Source: Opitutales bacterium
Lineage (GTDB): Bacteria; Verrucomicrobiota; Verrucomicrobiia; Opitutales; UBA2987
Direction: 5' to 3'
Length of the DNA stretch: 64,000 bases
NCBI GenBank assembly: GCA_965226885.1
Contig: CBDDEL010000017.1
Coordinates: 512,001 to 576,000 of the forward strand
Under the pieces are notes generated by a model, which was not told the DNA's origin, made no database searches, and was given only the letters and a program-made list of their open reading frames with translations. This document shows positions 51,087 to 63,574 of the stretch, piece after piece. The position numbers were made by a program, and so were the translations under genes. Numbering within the stretch: position 1 is the first letter of the stretch; each line of letters starts with the position of its first letter.

Positions 51087-54000
51087 CCCGGATATTTCAT
51101 GAAGGGTAAAGTTTGGCTCGTTATTGCTATTGGAGATGGATTTCTTTGTATTTTGAGCAGATCGTCTTGATTTTTAGGTGTTTTTCAGGGTGTAGAGACA
51201 CTGCCCCCTTTCCCCCATTGGTTCGGTAGTGCCGGGGGCAGCACCAATGCACCCTTTAGGTTGGCACCAATCGGCGGGGCGCATGGTTGAAAAGACTGGC
51301 CCAAGGATAACTCTCACTTAGGTGAAAGTGAATCGTTCGGGTGTTGCGCACGATGACCGCTCCGATCTTGATTAATTTGAGCCGCAGGGTGTGGCATTGG
51401 GCCCGCGCCCACTTCGTCCCTTTTAAGGCTAACCGGCGCATGGCTTCCATCAAGGTGTAGGCCAGCGCCGACAAGAGCAATCGCCACTGATTGGCCCACC
51501 ATTGATGGGCGCTGGTGCGCTCGCTGAACAATTGCATCTGTTCCTTGATTCGGTTCTCCATTTCACCGCGGCCACAGTATACCTTGTCGTAAAGCTCCTG
51601 GGGATCGCCCGGCAGGTTCGTCACCACGAAGCGCGGGTTGGACCCCTGTGCGGTGTGTTCGGCTTTATGGATGACCAACCGCAGCCATCGCCACGAATCG
51701 GCAGCATAGACGAAGTCCTGGAATAACCGTTGTTTTTTACCCCTTAGTTCGAACCATTCTTTGGCCTGCTTTTGCAACTGCTGGGCGTCTTGCTGCAAGC
51801 GTGCATTGCGAGCCATCCCCACGATGTAACTAACCCGGATATTTCATGAAGGGTAAAGTTTGGCTCGTTATTGCTATTGGAGATGGATTTCTTTGTATTT
51901 TGAGCAGATCGTCTTGATTTTTAGGTGTTTTTCAGGGTGTAGAGACACTGCCCCCTTTCCCCCATTGGTTCGGTAGTGCCGGGGGCAGCACCAATGCACC
52001 CTTTAGGTTGGCACCAATCGGCGGGCCGCATGGTTGAAAAGACTGGCCCAAGGATAACTCTCACTTAGGTGAAAGTGAATCGTTCGGGTGTTGCGCACGA
52101 TGACCGCTCCGATCTTGATTAATTTGAGCCGCAGGGTGTGGCATTGGGCCCGCGCCCACTTCGTCCCTTTTAAGGCTAACCGGCGCATGGCTTCCATCAA
52201 GGTGTAGGCCAGCGCCGACAAGAGCAATCGCCACTGATTGGCCCACCATTGATGGGCGCTGGTGCGCTCGCTGAACAATTGCATCTGTTCCTTGATTCGG
52301 TTCTCCATTTCACCGCGGCCACAGTATACCTTGTCGTAAAGCTCCTGGGGATCGCCCGGCAGGTTCGTCACCACGAAGCGCGGGTTGGACCCCTGTGCGG
52401 TGTGTTCGGCTTTATGGATGACCAACCGCAGCCATCGCCACGAATCGGCAGCATAGACGAAGTCCTGGAATAACCGTTGTTTTTTACCCCTTAGTTCGAA
52501 CCATTCTTTGGCCTGCTTTTGCAACTGCTGGGCGTCTTGCTGCAAGCGTGCATTGCGAGCCATCCCCACGATGTAACTAACTTCGTTGCGGTCGCACCAA
52601 GAGAGTATCCGGTCTCGACAAAATCCACTGTCGGCGCGCCAAATAATCCGCGTACGGGGCCAGCTTTGGCGAATCCGTTTAACCAGCAATTTGAGGATGG
52701 CCCCGGCATGCTTGCTGGCATCGATCTTGCTCGGCCGCAGGTAGGCCACCAGCAGCTGATCACCGCAAAAAACATATAGCGGCAGAAAACAGTAATGATC
52801 ATAATAACCGTGGAAAAAACGTCCCTCCTGGAGCCCGTGCACCGGATTGTCGGTGGCGTCAAAGTCCAGGATGATCTCTTCGGGTTCCTCGGCAAAGGAG
52901 CCCATGAACTGTTCGACCAACAGCTCGTTTACCGCAAAGGCCGCCCGCCGATCCTGCCCGTTTTCAAAACGACACAAAGTCGGCGCGCTGGCCAACGTTT
53001 CAATGCGCCCCGTTACCGTTTGCAACAATGGATCGTGGCGCAGGGTATCAAAGTCGTTCAAATCCTCATAGCCCGCCACCAGCCCGTAAACGCGCTGCCG
53101 CAGCATCCCCAATACCTCATGGCGTACTTTGCCCTTCTGCCGTTTGTCCACTAACTGTCGGGCCGCTCGTTCGGTCAAGCCCAACTGCCGATCCACTTCC
53201 CGGATCAAAAGCAGTCCGGCATCCGAAGTAACCTCTCCGCCCTTGAAATCAACCCGCACACGGCGGCCTTTTACCCTTGTCAACTGTAGCTTTAATTGTT
53301 TACCTTTTGTCATCGCTGATATTGCTTTAATTATTGATCTATCCTGCTGTATATCAGCAGTTAAGCATATCAACGATACTTTTTTTACGAAATATCCGGG
53401 CTAACTTCGTTGCGGTCGCACCAAGAGAGTATCCGGTCTCGACAAAATCCACTGTCGGCGCGCCAAATAATCCGCGTACGGGGCCAGCTTTGGCGAATCC
53501 GTTTAACCAGCAATTTGAGGATGGCCCCGGCATGCTTGCTGGCATCGATCTTGCTCGGCCGCAGGTAGGCCACCAGCAGCTGATCACCGCAAAAAACATA
53601 TAGCGGCAGAAAACAGTAATGATCATAATAACCGTGGAAAAAACGTCCCTCCTGGAGCCCGTGCACCGGATTGTCGGTGGCGTCAAAGTCCAGGATGATC
53701 TCTTCGGGTTCCTCGGCAAAGGAGCCCATGAACTGTTCGACCAACAGCTCGTTTACCGCAAAGGCCGCCCGCCGATCCTGCCCGTTTTCAAAACGACACA
53801 AAGTCGGCGCGCTGGCCAACGTTTCAATGCGCCCCGTTACCGTTTGCAACAATGGATCGTGGCGCAGGGTATCAAAGTCGTTCAAATCCTCATAGCCCGC
53901 CACCAGCCCGTAAACGCGCTGCCGCAGCATCCCCAATACCTCATGGCGTACTTTGCCCTTCTGCCGTTTGTCCACTAACTGTCGGGCCGCTCGTTCGGTC

Positions 54001-54224
54001 AAGCCCAACTGCCGATCCACTTCCCGGATCAAAAGCAGTCCGGCATCCGAAGTAACCTCTCCGCCCTTGAAATCAACCCGCACACGGCGGCCTTTTACCC
54101 TTGTCAACTGTAGCTTTAATTGTTTACCTTTTGTCATCGCTGATATTGCTTTAATTATTGATCTATCCTGCTGTATATCAGCAGTTAAGCATATCAACGA
54201 TACTTTTTTTACGAAATATCCGGG
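51087..54224 (-). mobile_element. IS1380-family copy C (outer), interrupted by another copy of itself
   Basis: IRs at both ends, TSD TTAG; transposase split into 53401-54197 and 51256-51833. Confidence 0.95.
51834..53400 (-). mobile_element. IS1380-family copy C (inner, intact)
   Basis: IRs, TSD CTAA; full transposase 52003-53373. Confidence 0.96.
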
Positions 54225-54329
54225 TTAGGGTCGTTCCATAGGGCAAGCCAGAACAGTTCGCCATTGAGTAAAATTTTCGAGTAATCTTGATAACTGCCCT
54301 GGTACCCCCCTCGGCTACTATTTTCAAGT

Positions 54330-54776
54330 TCAAATTTGGGCTGCCTTATGCTCAAGAGCTTTAAGGGCATATTTCCAGGCGTTTTCCTGCCACACACGAT
54401 GCTCTTCCCACTCCGGCGAACTTCGCCAGCCCACATGCAATACATGAACGTCAGTGCCTTCACCAGTTGGCACAAAAAAAACCATTCCATGAGTCAGTGG
54501 GTCGGCATCGTTGGCAAAGTGTTTAAATTGCTTTGGCCCCCGCCACTCGAAGGAAAGAAGATTCGGTTTTTTCAAAGCCGTTATGCGGCAACCCAATGTG
54601 CTGTTGTTTTCACGGTCATCCGGATCCCAAAACAAAAAATAACGGCCTCCATTCTCCGCATCCACCTCTGCCTTCAGACATAACCAGCTCTCCAGCAAAG
54701 TTTCATCCGTAAAATAGGCAAAAGCTCTATCCGGGGAACAGTTGAGCCTGGCCTGGCAATGAATAATTTTGTCCAT
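54330..54776 (-). CDS. SRPBCC/AHSA1 domain protein
   Basis: AFAYFTD..LLESW, GGRY, LSFEW, W...L..LE. Confidence 0.85.
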   Translation of the reverse strand: MDKIIHCQARLNCSPDRAFAYFTDETLLESWLCLKAEVDAENGGRYFLFWDPDDRENNSTLGCRITALKKPNLLSFEWRGPKQFKHFANDADPLTHGMVFFVPTGEGTDVHVLHVGWRSSPEWEEHRVWQENAWKYALKALEHKAAQI

Positions 54777-54931
54777 CTTGCTCTCTTTGGTATAAGTTTT
54801 GAAAATAGGTTCTAATCAAATCGGTAGTTTTATAAATTTATCCGTGCAATTCGTGGTCGAATAAAGGGGGGACAAATAAATCTTAACATTCAATAGCAAT
54901 TGCAATTTTAAATCAACCGAACCTCAACCCT

Positions 54932-56683
54932 CTAAATTTTCAGCCAGATATATTTGAAAGGCTTGAAAGTTATCGTATTTTGGTTTTTCAACTTCAGGTC
55001 TCTTGACGTTATCACCGACAGGCAAGATTCCAGACCGGCAAACGGTGCGTAAATTTCAGGCAAAGACCTCTTGATCGCCTTAGAAGTAAAATTGTAGAGA
55101 CAAACTATGCATTCATTCCCGTTAGTAGATTTGCGGATCAAGCCGAAAAGTTCTGGGCCTATTTCCAAAATTTCCTGCTCTCCATCGGGATGAAAAGCCG
55201 TTTGCTGGTTGCGCCGGTTGAGCATTTTCAGATAATGCCGATAAACATAAGATGCGGTCAATTCAGAGTCGTTAAGCAACCCCCTCAATTCCTCCAGGTC
55301 CCACTTCTTCCGATTGATAGCTCGATTTTCCCCCGTAGCTTCTACACCTTCAAGATTATTTTCCGCACCCACCAAGCTGTTGAAATAGACGGCTGGGATT
55401 CCCTTCAAGGAGAGGGCCACGGCCTGGGAGCAAAGAAATCGGGCGGCCACGGCCTCATGATCCGGCTTTTCCTTCATGCGCAGGGCGTCGAAATAAGATA
55501 TGTTCAATTCGTAAGGACTCTTGGAGCCGTCGGGATTCTTTTTTTCCGAAAGGCGGCCGCCCTGTTTTTTGGTTTCTTTTATGAGCCACTTTATTTCCTT
55601 GGACGGCAAGAGATTTTCCACCGGACGCAACCCGATGCCATCATGAGAAGCCGTGAAATTGAGAAAAGTGCAACCTCTGGGAGGCGGTTCCATGGTTTTT
55701 GCCCAATGGGTAAGGTAGCTGGAATCTTCCTTCAACAATGCATGCAGAAGCAATGGCGGCAAAGCGAACTGATAAACCATATGGGCTTCGTCACCCTTTC
55801 CGAAATAATTGATGTTGTCCTCGTGAGGCACATTGGTCTCCGTCAGTAGGATGACATCCGGGGCTGCCACCGTTAGAATATCCCGGAGCAATTTTACAAC
55901 CTCATGGGTCTGGGGCTGGTGAAGGCAATCCGTGCCTAGGTTTTTCCATAAAAACGCCACCGCATCAAGCCGGATATAACGCGCTCCTTTTGATATGAAA
56001 TGGAAAAGAATATCCAGAAACTCAAAAAAAAGATCCGGATTCTGCCAATTTAGGTCCACCTGATCGGCGCTGAAAGTAGTCCACAAATGAACTTCCCCCT
56101 CACGCGTCATGGTCGGCGTCAAAAGGGGCGAAGTGCGCGGCCGCGCCACCGTGCTTAAATCCGTATCGGGGTCGATGGGCAGAAAATAATAACGAGCCGG
56201 TGCGATCCCGATAACGAAATCCTTAAACCAGCTATTCCCCACCGAACAATGATTCAGCACAAGGTCGAACATAAGGTGGAAATTCCCCCCCATAGCCTCC
56301 AAATCCTTCCACTTTCCATAATCGGGAGAAACCTCACGGTAATCGATAACGGAAAAACCATCATCCGAGGACCAGGGAAAAAATGGCAGCAGGTGCACCG
56401 TGCGGATGGCCCCCCGCAGCCGGCGGTAGAGAAACCGGTTGAGTGTGTCGAGCGGTCGCACCCCTTCACTTGTCAGCATATCGGGATAGGTAATTAGGAC
56501 GGTATCTTGTTCATTCCAGCGATGGGTCGCCGATTTGGTTCTGGTCCTCAGCCCCACCCCATAACGGCCCAGGCACATGAGCAAACGCTCAAAAAGGCGT
56601 TCCGCCTCTCCACCATAAAGTTTTCGCAACCGGCGGTGAATCTGATCCGCCCGGTTTCTACGTATGAATTTATAACTCGGCAC
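54932..56683 (-). CDS. GH13_18 sugar phosphorylase, glucosylglycerate phosphorylase-like
   Basis: SSDDGFSVID, WTTFSADQVDLN, IRLDAV, TETN, ASHDGIG, YELN. Confidence 0.88.
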   Translation of the reverse strand: MPSYKFIRRNRADQIHRRLRKLYGGEAERLFERLLMCLGRYGVGLRTRTKSATHRWNEQDTVLITYPDMLTSEGVRPLDTLNRFLYRRLRGAIRTVHLLPFFPWSSDDGFSVIDYREVSPDYGKWKDLEAMGGNFHLMFDLVLNHCSVGNSWFKDFVIGIAPARYYFLPIDPDTDLSTVARPRTSPLLTPTMTREGEVHLWTTFSADQVDLNWQNPDLFFEFLDILFHFISKGARYIRLDAVAFLWKNLGTDCLHQPQTHEVVKLLRDILTVAAPDVILLTETNVPHEDNINYFGKGDEAHMVYQFALPPLLLHALLKEDSSYLTHWAKTMEPPPRGCTFLNFTASHDGIGLRPVENLLPSKEIKWLIKETKKQGGRLSEKKNPDGSKSPYELNISYFDALRMKEKPDHEAVAARFLCSQAVALSLKGIPAVYFNSLVGAENNLEGVEATGENRAINRKKWDLEELRGLLNDSELTASYVYRHYLKMLNRRNQQTAFHPDGEQEILEIGPELFGLIRKSTNGNECIVCLYNFTSKAIKRSLPEIYAPFAGLESCLSVITSRDLKLKNQNTITFKPFKYIWLKI

Positions 56684-56841
56684 CGTTCTCGTTATTAATG
56701 AATAATCCGCACACTTTTAATTTAACTATAAAAAATAATTAAGATAACAATCACGTTTGTAAATTATCATCCATATAATCCATGCATAAAATTCCCTCAT
56801 CCAGCTCCTACGAATATATTTTCATGATACATCAAAGTTAA

Positions 56842-58107
56842 TTAAGGCTGATAACCAGTCACGTTGGTCAAAACAGAGCGCAGGCACCGCCGCAAAAGTC
56901 TATAACTATAATATTGTCGCGCCACCCGGTAGTTGTGGTCCACCATTTTCTGGCATATTTTGGAATCGTCGAGAACACGCCGCACATCGCTCACCGTCTC
57001 CTTGGTTATAATGCCATCCATCACCACCAGCTTGAATCCCTTGGGCTCGATGTCTTGAATGAAGATCGAATAACGGTTAACGACCAAAGGAACCTTAAAG
57101 TAGATAGCCTCCAGCAACGCGTTTCCAAAGCCTTCGTAGGTGCTCGGATAAGTGACCAGATCGGCATGCGGATAAAGGTCCCAAAGAGTATAAATCTTTT
57201 TCCCCTCCGCATCGAATTGACGAACATCGCCAATCCGGTCCGAAATGAGTCGCAAATCCACATTTTCCTCCCGCGCCAATTCCTCCATAAGGTGCCGGTA
57301 CTCAAAACCCTCGTCCCCCGCGTCATGGGAAATAATCAACTTGTATTTGTCCGGATCGCCCAACATGCCAACCAACTTTATAGCATGTTCGATACCCTTG
57401 CGCGGGACAATCCGCGTAGGCTGCAGGATAAAAACATCTTCCGGGCGCAGCCCAATCTGCTCCCGCACATCGCGAGAATACTCATCCGGCTTGGGCGGAG
57501 GATTGGCAAAATCGAAAACATTGGGTATCAGCATCGAACTCACCCCCTTGCGCAGTGAAAGCTGCTCCTGGGCCGCCCGGTTGATAACGGTGTGCTGGAT
57601 ATTCGGTAAAATCGGAGGAAAAGCCATCTCCAGGTAATCCGTCACCGCATTGATCGCATAACGGGTGCGCTCCCAATGGAAATCATGGTGGTGGGCGATG
57701 GCCGGCATCTGTGTTTCCGCCAAAAACTCCGTTATGGCCAAAGCCAGCGGTATATGCATCGGTATAGCCAAGGCGTTTTCCGGCACCAGGATATCGATAT
57801 CGAAATGATCCACATAATCATAGAGCGTCTTTTTCAAATAGGCGGAAATCTCCTGGATACGCTCGCTTACCAAACTGCTGCGGCGCTTTTGCTTCCAGAT
57901 CTTATCCATCAGCCAAAGATTTTCCAGATGCCCGAAATAGGCCTCCGGAATGCAATAGCTGACATCGGGATGCCGGTCGCTCCGCCCGCTGTACCAAAAA
58001 CTGACATGATTATCATCCCACAACATCTGGGCCCACTTGGCACTCTCCAAAGAGACCCCATCAGTGCCCGCGAAACGCGTAGAGACAAAACCGATATTTT
58101 TAGCCAT
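56842..58107 (-). CDS. GT4 glycosyltransferase (MggA-like)
   Basis: DGVSLE..KW, HHHDFHWER, QPTRIVPRKGIE, YEGFGNALLEA. Confidence 0.82.
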   Translation of the reverse strand: MAKNIGFVSTRFAGTDGVSLESAKWAQMLWDDNHVSFWYSGRSDRHPDVSYCIPEAYFGHLENLWLMDKIWKQKRRSSLVSERIQEISAYLKKTLYDYVDHFDIDILVPENALAIPMHIPLALAITEFLAETQMPAIAHHHDFHWERTRYAINAVTDYLEMAFPPILPNIQHTVINRAAQEQLSLRKGVSSMLIPNVFDFANPPPKPDEYSRDVREQIGLRPEDVFILQPTRIVPRKGIEHAIKLVGMLGDPDKYKLIISHDAGDEGFEYRHLMEELAREENVDLRLISDRIGDVRQFDAEGKKIYTLWDLYPHADLVTYPSTYEGFGNALLEAIYFKVPLVVNRYSIFIQDIEPKGFKLVVMDGIITKETVSDVRRVLDDSKICQKMVDHNYRVARQYYSYRLLRRCLRSVLTNVTGYQP

Positions 58108-58325
58108 CAAGACCAATCAGGGCCACTGCCGGAAACTCTCAAAATGAAAGCCCCAACAAACAACCCAGAAATAATGAATATATAAAATTTAAAAGACATT
58201 ATCTATGAACAACTTCCACGCAAAAGCAAGACCAATATCCTCCAAAAAAAAGCAACCCGAAAAATTATAAAATTAAGACCCCTACCGGAAATCGTATCTT
58301 TATCACCCATCCGGCATCCACCATC

Positions 58326-59653
58326 TGACGTGTACTGGATTTGTTGGACACGGGATTCTCTTATATTCATTGTTTATTGATTAGTGTGTCAGGCGGCTTG
58401 TTTTGGTAAAGGGTTTTGTTTTCTCGTTGCCCCCCATGGGGGGCAAATATTTTCCTCGAATTGGACTGGGCTTTGGTAACTCAGAGAGGAATGTTTGCGA
58501 TATCGGTTGTAGAAGATTTCCACGTATTCGAAGACAGTTGATCGCAGTTCGCGCTCGTCGGCAAAGTGGCGGCCTCGAATCGTGCTGGTCTTGAAGCGGC
58601 CGTAGAACGATTCCATGGCCGCGTTGTCGTAGCAGTTGCCTTGGGCGCTCATGCTCGGCTTCATGCCTAGTTCAGAGACCAGCCTCTGATAGTCGTCGCT
58701 GGCGTAGGGGCTGCCCCGATCGCTGTGATGAATAATCCCGGTGCGCAGTGTGCCGCGGGTCATGGCCGCGGCTTTGAGGGCCTTGCCAACCAGCTTCGCG
58801 TCGTTGTGGTTGGAAACGCTCCAGCCCAGCAGGCGTCGGCTGAACAGGTCCATCACCGTGGCCAAGTACATCCAACCGGCCAGGGTCCGTAGGTAGGTCG
58901 TGTCCGCCACCCAGACCTCGTCGATATGGGTCGGCTGGCCATGCTTTTTAAGCACATTGGGGCTGTAACCATAGGGATGGTTACTGTTGGTTTTTAATGG
59001 CTTAAAGCGTTTACTCTGGGTGCTTTTGATTCCCATTTCACGCATCAGACGCAGAGCCCGGTCACGGCCGCAATCGATGCCCTCATCATCCTTCAGATGG
59101 CGGTGCATTGGCCGATGCCCATAGCGGCCCTTGGCCTCTTTGTGTACCTTCAGGATCGCCCCCTTGATTCCCTCGTCCTCGATCCGCCGGGCCGAGGGCG
59201 CTCGGGGCCTCCAGCAGTAATAGCCACTGCGACAAATCCCCATCGCCGAGCATATTTCCTCGATCTTGAAGCGCCCCTCGTTGTCTTTGACAAACTGGTA
59301 CTTCATTGTTCGTCCTTGGCAAAGTAGCCCACCGTTTTTTTTAGTATCTGGTTGATCCGCTCCGAGCGGCGCAGCTCTTTGCGAAGACGATCTATCTCGG
59401 CCGCCATCTCCTTCGGACTGCTCTGTCGCTTTGAGGTGGCTTCGCCCTGCTGATCGTCCAGATAGAGCCTCTTCCACCTATACAATTGGTTGGTGTTGAC
59501 CCCAAGTTTGGTCGATACCTCGGTGGCGCTCAGACCATCGAGTATCATCAGTTGAACTGCCTCATTTTTGAACTCTATACTAAAGCGTCTTCTTCCCATG
59601 CTTCGATTCTCCATTTAGGAGAATCTCGTGTCCACTTTTTCCAGTGCACATCA
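58326..59653 (-). mobile_element. IS3-family element, copy 8
   Basis: Same element; 3-bp TSD ATC; intergenic. Confidence 0.97.
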
Positions 59654-59686
59654 ATCCGTATCAATCGACAGTTAATGTTGCATTAG

Positions 59687-61888
59687 CCCGGATATTTCGT
59701 AAAAGAAGTATCGTTGATATGCTTAACTGCTGATATACAGCAGGATAGATCAATAATTAAAGCAATATCAGCGATGACAAAAGGTAAACAATTAAAGCGA
59801 CAGTTGACAAGGGTAAAAGGCCGCCGTGTGCGGGTTGATTTCAAGGGCGGAGAGGTTACTTCGGATGCCGGACTGCTTTTGATCCGGGAAGTGGATCGGC
59901 AGTTGGGCTTGACCGAACGAGCGGCCCGACAGTTAGTGGACAAACGGCAGAAGGGCAAAGTACGCCATGAGGTATTGGGGATGCTGCGGCAGCGCGTTTA
60001 CGGGCTGGTGGCGGGCTATGAGGATTTGAACGACTTTGATACCCTGCGCCACGATCCATTGTTGCAAACGGTAACGGGGCGCATTGAAACGTTGGCCAGC
60101 GCGCCGACTTTGTGTCGTTTTGAAAACGGGCAGGATCGGCGGGCGGCCTTTGCGGTAAACGAGCTGTTGGTCGAACAGTTCATGGGCTCCTTTGCCGAGG
60201 AACCCGAAGAGATCATCCTGGACTTTGACGCCACCGACAATCCGGTGCACGGGCTCCAGGAGGGACGTTTTTTCCACGGTTATTATGATCATTACTGTTT
60301 TCTGCCGCTGGTAGTGTTAACATGACGAATGTTTGATATTGCTGTTGTATTCCCAGATGAACAAGCACAGGACGCGAAAATGCATGACCAAAGACTTCGA
60401 GAATGACAGCGTTTTACGCACATAGCGTGACAGGGACTGTCGCAAGGTATTGTTCCAGCGTTCGATATGGGCGGTTTGGCCGGATTGTTTCCCGCTGGCG
60501 CTGTTGTGAGGGAAAACCTTGTCGTAGCTTTCCCAGTAATCGCTTACGGTGGCACAGTCGCGATAGGGCTGGGCGATGTTGTGATACAACTGCCAGCACG
60601 TTTGATCGCTACGATCACCCAGAGAAAACCCGACGACCTGTCGGGTACGTCGACACAAGGCTACCCATAGCCATACCTGCCCCGAACGCTTATCGCCCCA
60701 GAATGACCACACCTCGTCCAGTTCCAGCACATCACTACACTGGCGGGCAAGCAGAGTGGACTCCAGCTTCGGCAAACTCAGGACTTTTTTTTAATCCATT
60801 CGATGACCGTCTTTGGGGCTACCCCGAAGGTACGGTAAATGGCACGCAGGCTCATCCGGTTTTGGTGCGCACGGAGCACCTGCTTGACCAGCGCCGGAGG
60901 ATGCTCACGACTTTTGGGGTGAAGCCGAAACTGATAACCACACCCCTTGCATCGATACTTCTGAACCCCTTTCGGATCCTTGCCGTGCTTGATGATGTGA
61001 TCGCTTCCGCATTGAGGACATTTTACTGTGATATGGACCATTCCCAGTTCACAACATAATCACGCTAAAAAGTACAGCTTAAACATTCAAAATGTTAACA
61101 CTACCCTGCCGCTATATGTTTTTTGCGGTGATCAGCTGCTGGTGGCCTACCTGCGGCCGAGCAAGATCGATGCCAGCAAGCATGCCGGGGCCATCCTCAA
61201 ATTGCTGGTTAAACGGATTCGCCAAAGCTGGCCCCGTACGCGGATTATTTGGCGCGCCGACAGTGGATTTTGTCGAGACCGGATACTCTCTTGGTGCGAC
61301 CGCAACGAAGTTAGTTACATCGTGGGGATGGCTCGCAATGCACGCTTGCAGCAAGACGCCCAGCAGTTGCAAAAGCAGGCCAAAGAATGGTTCGAACTAA
61401 GGGGTAAAAAACAACGGTTATTCCAGGACTTCGTCTATGCTGCCGATTCGTGGCGATGGCTGCGGTTGGTCATCCATAAAGCCGAACACACCGCACAGGG
61501 GTCCAACCCGCGCTTCGTGGTGACGAACCTGCCGGGCGATCCCCAGGAGCTTTACGACAAGGTATACTGTGGCCGCGGTGAAATGGAGAACCGAATCAAG
61601 GAACAGATGCAATTGTTCAGCGAGCGCACCAGCGCCCATCAATGGTGGGCCAATCAGTGGCGATTGCTCTTGTCGGCGCTGGCCTACACCTTGATGGAAG
61701 CCATGCGCCGGTTAGCCTTAAAAGGGACGAAGTGGGCGCGGGCCCAATGCCACACCCTGCGGCTCAAATTAATCAAGATCGGAGCGGTCATCGTGCGCAA
61801 CACCCGAACGATTCACTTTCACCTAAGTGAGAGTTATCCTTGGGCCAGTCTTTTCAACGATGCGCCCCGCCGATTGGTGCCAACCTAA
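59687..61888 (+). mobile_element. IS1380-family copy D, interrupted by IS1 and lacking its own right end
   Basis: Left IR after TTAG; transposase split at 60309/61106; ends at stop CTAA where copy E begins. Confidence 0.93.
60310..61105 (-). mobile_element. IS1-family element type 2
   Basis: IRs GGTAGTGTTAACAT / ATGTTAACACTACC; 8-bp TSD CTGCCGCT; InsA 60778-61041, InsB 60317-60775 in the -1 frame. Confidence 0.95.
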
Positions 61889-63455
61889 CCCGGATATTTC
61901 GTAAAAAAAGTATCGTTGATATGCTTAACTGCTGATATACAGCAGGATAGATCAATAATTAAAGCAATATCAGCGATGACAAAAGGTAAACAATTAAAGC
62001 TACAGTTGACAAGGGTAAAAGGCCGCCGTGTGCGGGTTGATTTCAAGGGCGGAGAGGTTACTTCGGATGCCGGACTGCTTTTGATCCGGGAAGTGGATCG
62101 GCAGTTGGGCTTGACCGAACGAGCGGCCCGACAGTTAGTGGACAAACGGCAGAAGGGCAAAGTACGCCATGAGGTATTGGGGATGCTGCGGCAGCGCGTT
62201 TACGGGCTGGTGGCGGGCTATGAGGATTTGAACGACTTTGATACCCTGCGCCACGATCCATTGTTGCAAACGGTAACGGGGCGCATTGAAACGTTGGCCA
62301 GCGCGCCGACTTTGTGTCGTTTTGAAAACGGGCAGGATCGGCGGGCGGCCTTTGCGGTAAACGAGCTGTTGGTCGAACAGTTCATGGGCTCCTTTGCCGA
62401 GGAACCCGAAGAGATCATCCTGGACTTTGACGCCACCGACAATCCGGTGCACGGGCTCCAGGAGGGACGTTTTTTCCACGGTTATTATGATCATTACTGT
62501 TTTCTGCCGCTATATGTTTTTTGCGGTGATCAGCTGCTGGTGGCCTACCTGCGGCCGAGCAAGATCGATGCCAGCAAGCATGCCGGGGCCATCCTCAAAT
62601 TGCTGGTTAAACGGATTCGCCAAAGCTGGCCCCGTACGCGGATTATTTGGCGCGCCGACAGTGGATTTTGTCGAGACCGGATACTCTCTTGGTGCGACCG
62701 CAACGAAGTTAGTTACATCGTGGGGATGGCTCGCAATGCACGCTTGCAGCAAGACGCCCAGCAGTTGCAAAAGCAGGCCAAAGAATGGTTCGAACTAAGG
62801 GGTAAAAAACAACGGTTATTCCAGGACTTCGTCTATGCTGCCGATTCGTGGCGATGGCTGCGGTTGGTCATCCATAAAGCCGAACACACCGCACAGGGGT
62901 CCAACCCGCGCTTCGTGGTGACGAACCTGCCGGGCGATCCCCAGGAGCTTTACGACAAGGTATACTGTGGCCGCGGTGAAATGGAGAACCGAATCAAGGA
63001 ACAGATGCAATTGTTCAGCGAGCGCACCAGCGCCCATCAATGGTGGGCCAATCAGTGGCGATTGCTCTTGTCGGCGCTGGCCTACACCTTGATGGAAGCC
63101 ATGCGCCGGTTAGCCTTAAAAGGGACGAAGTGGGCGCGGGCCCAATGCCACACCCTGCGGCTCAAATTAATCAAGATCGGAGCGGTCATCGTGCGCAACA
63201 CCCGAACGATTCACTTTCACCTAAGTGAGAGTTATCCTTGGGCCAGTCTTTTCAACCATGCGGCCCGCCGATTGGTGCCAACCTAAAGGGTGCATTGGTG
63301 CTGCCCCCGGCACTACCGAACCAATGGGGGAAAGGGGGCAGTGTCTCTACACCCTGAAAAACACCTAAAAATCAAGACGATCTGCTCAAAATACAAAGAA
63401 ATCCATCTCCAATAGCAATAACGAGCCAAACTTTACCCTTCATGAAATATCCGGG
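61889..63455 (+). mobile_element. IS1380-family copy E (intact)
   Basis: Both IRs; full transposase to 63286; flanks CTAA / TTAG. Confidence 0.96.
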
Positions 63456-63574
63456 TTAGTGCAGTTATCGACAACGGATGTGTGAATATTTTTATTATGG
63501 GCCTTTACGGGAAAATAAATTAATTAAAGCTTAACTTTTGATATCTTTGGATACATTAAACTTTAACCATAAAA

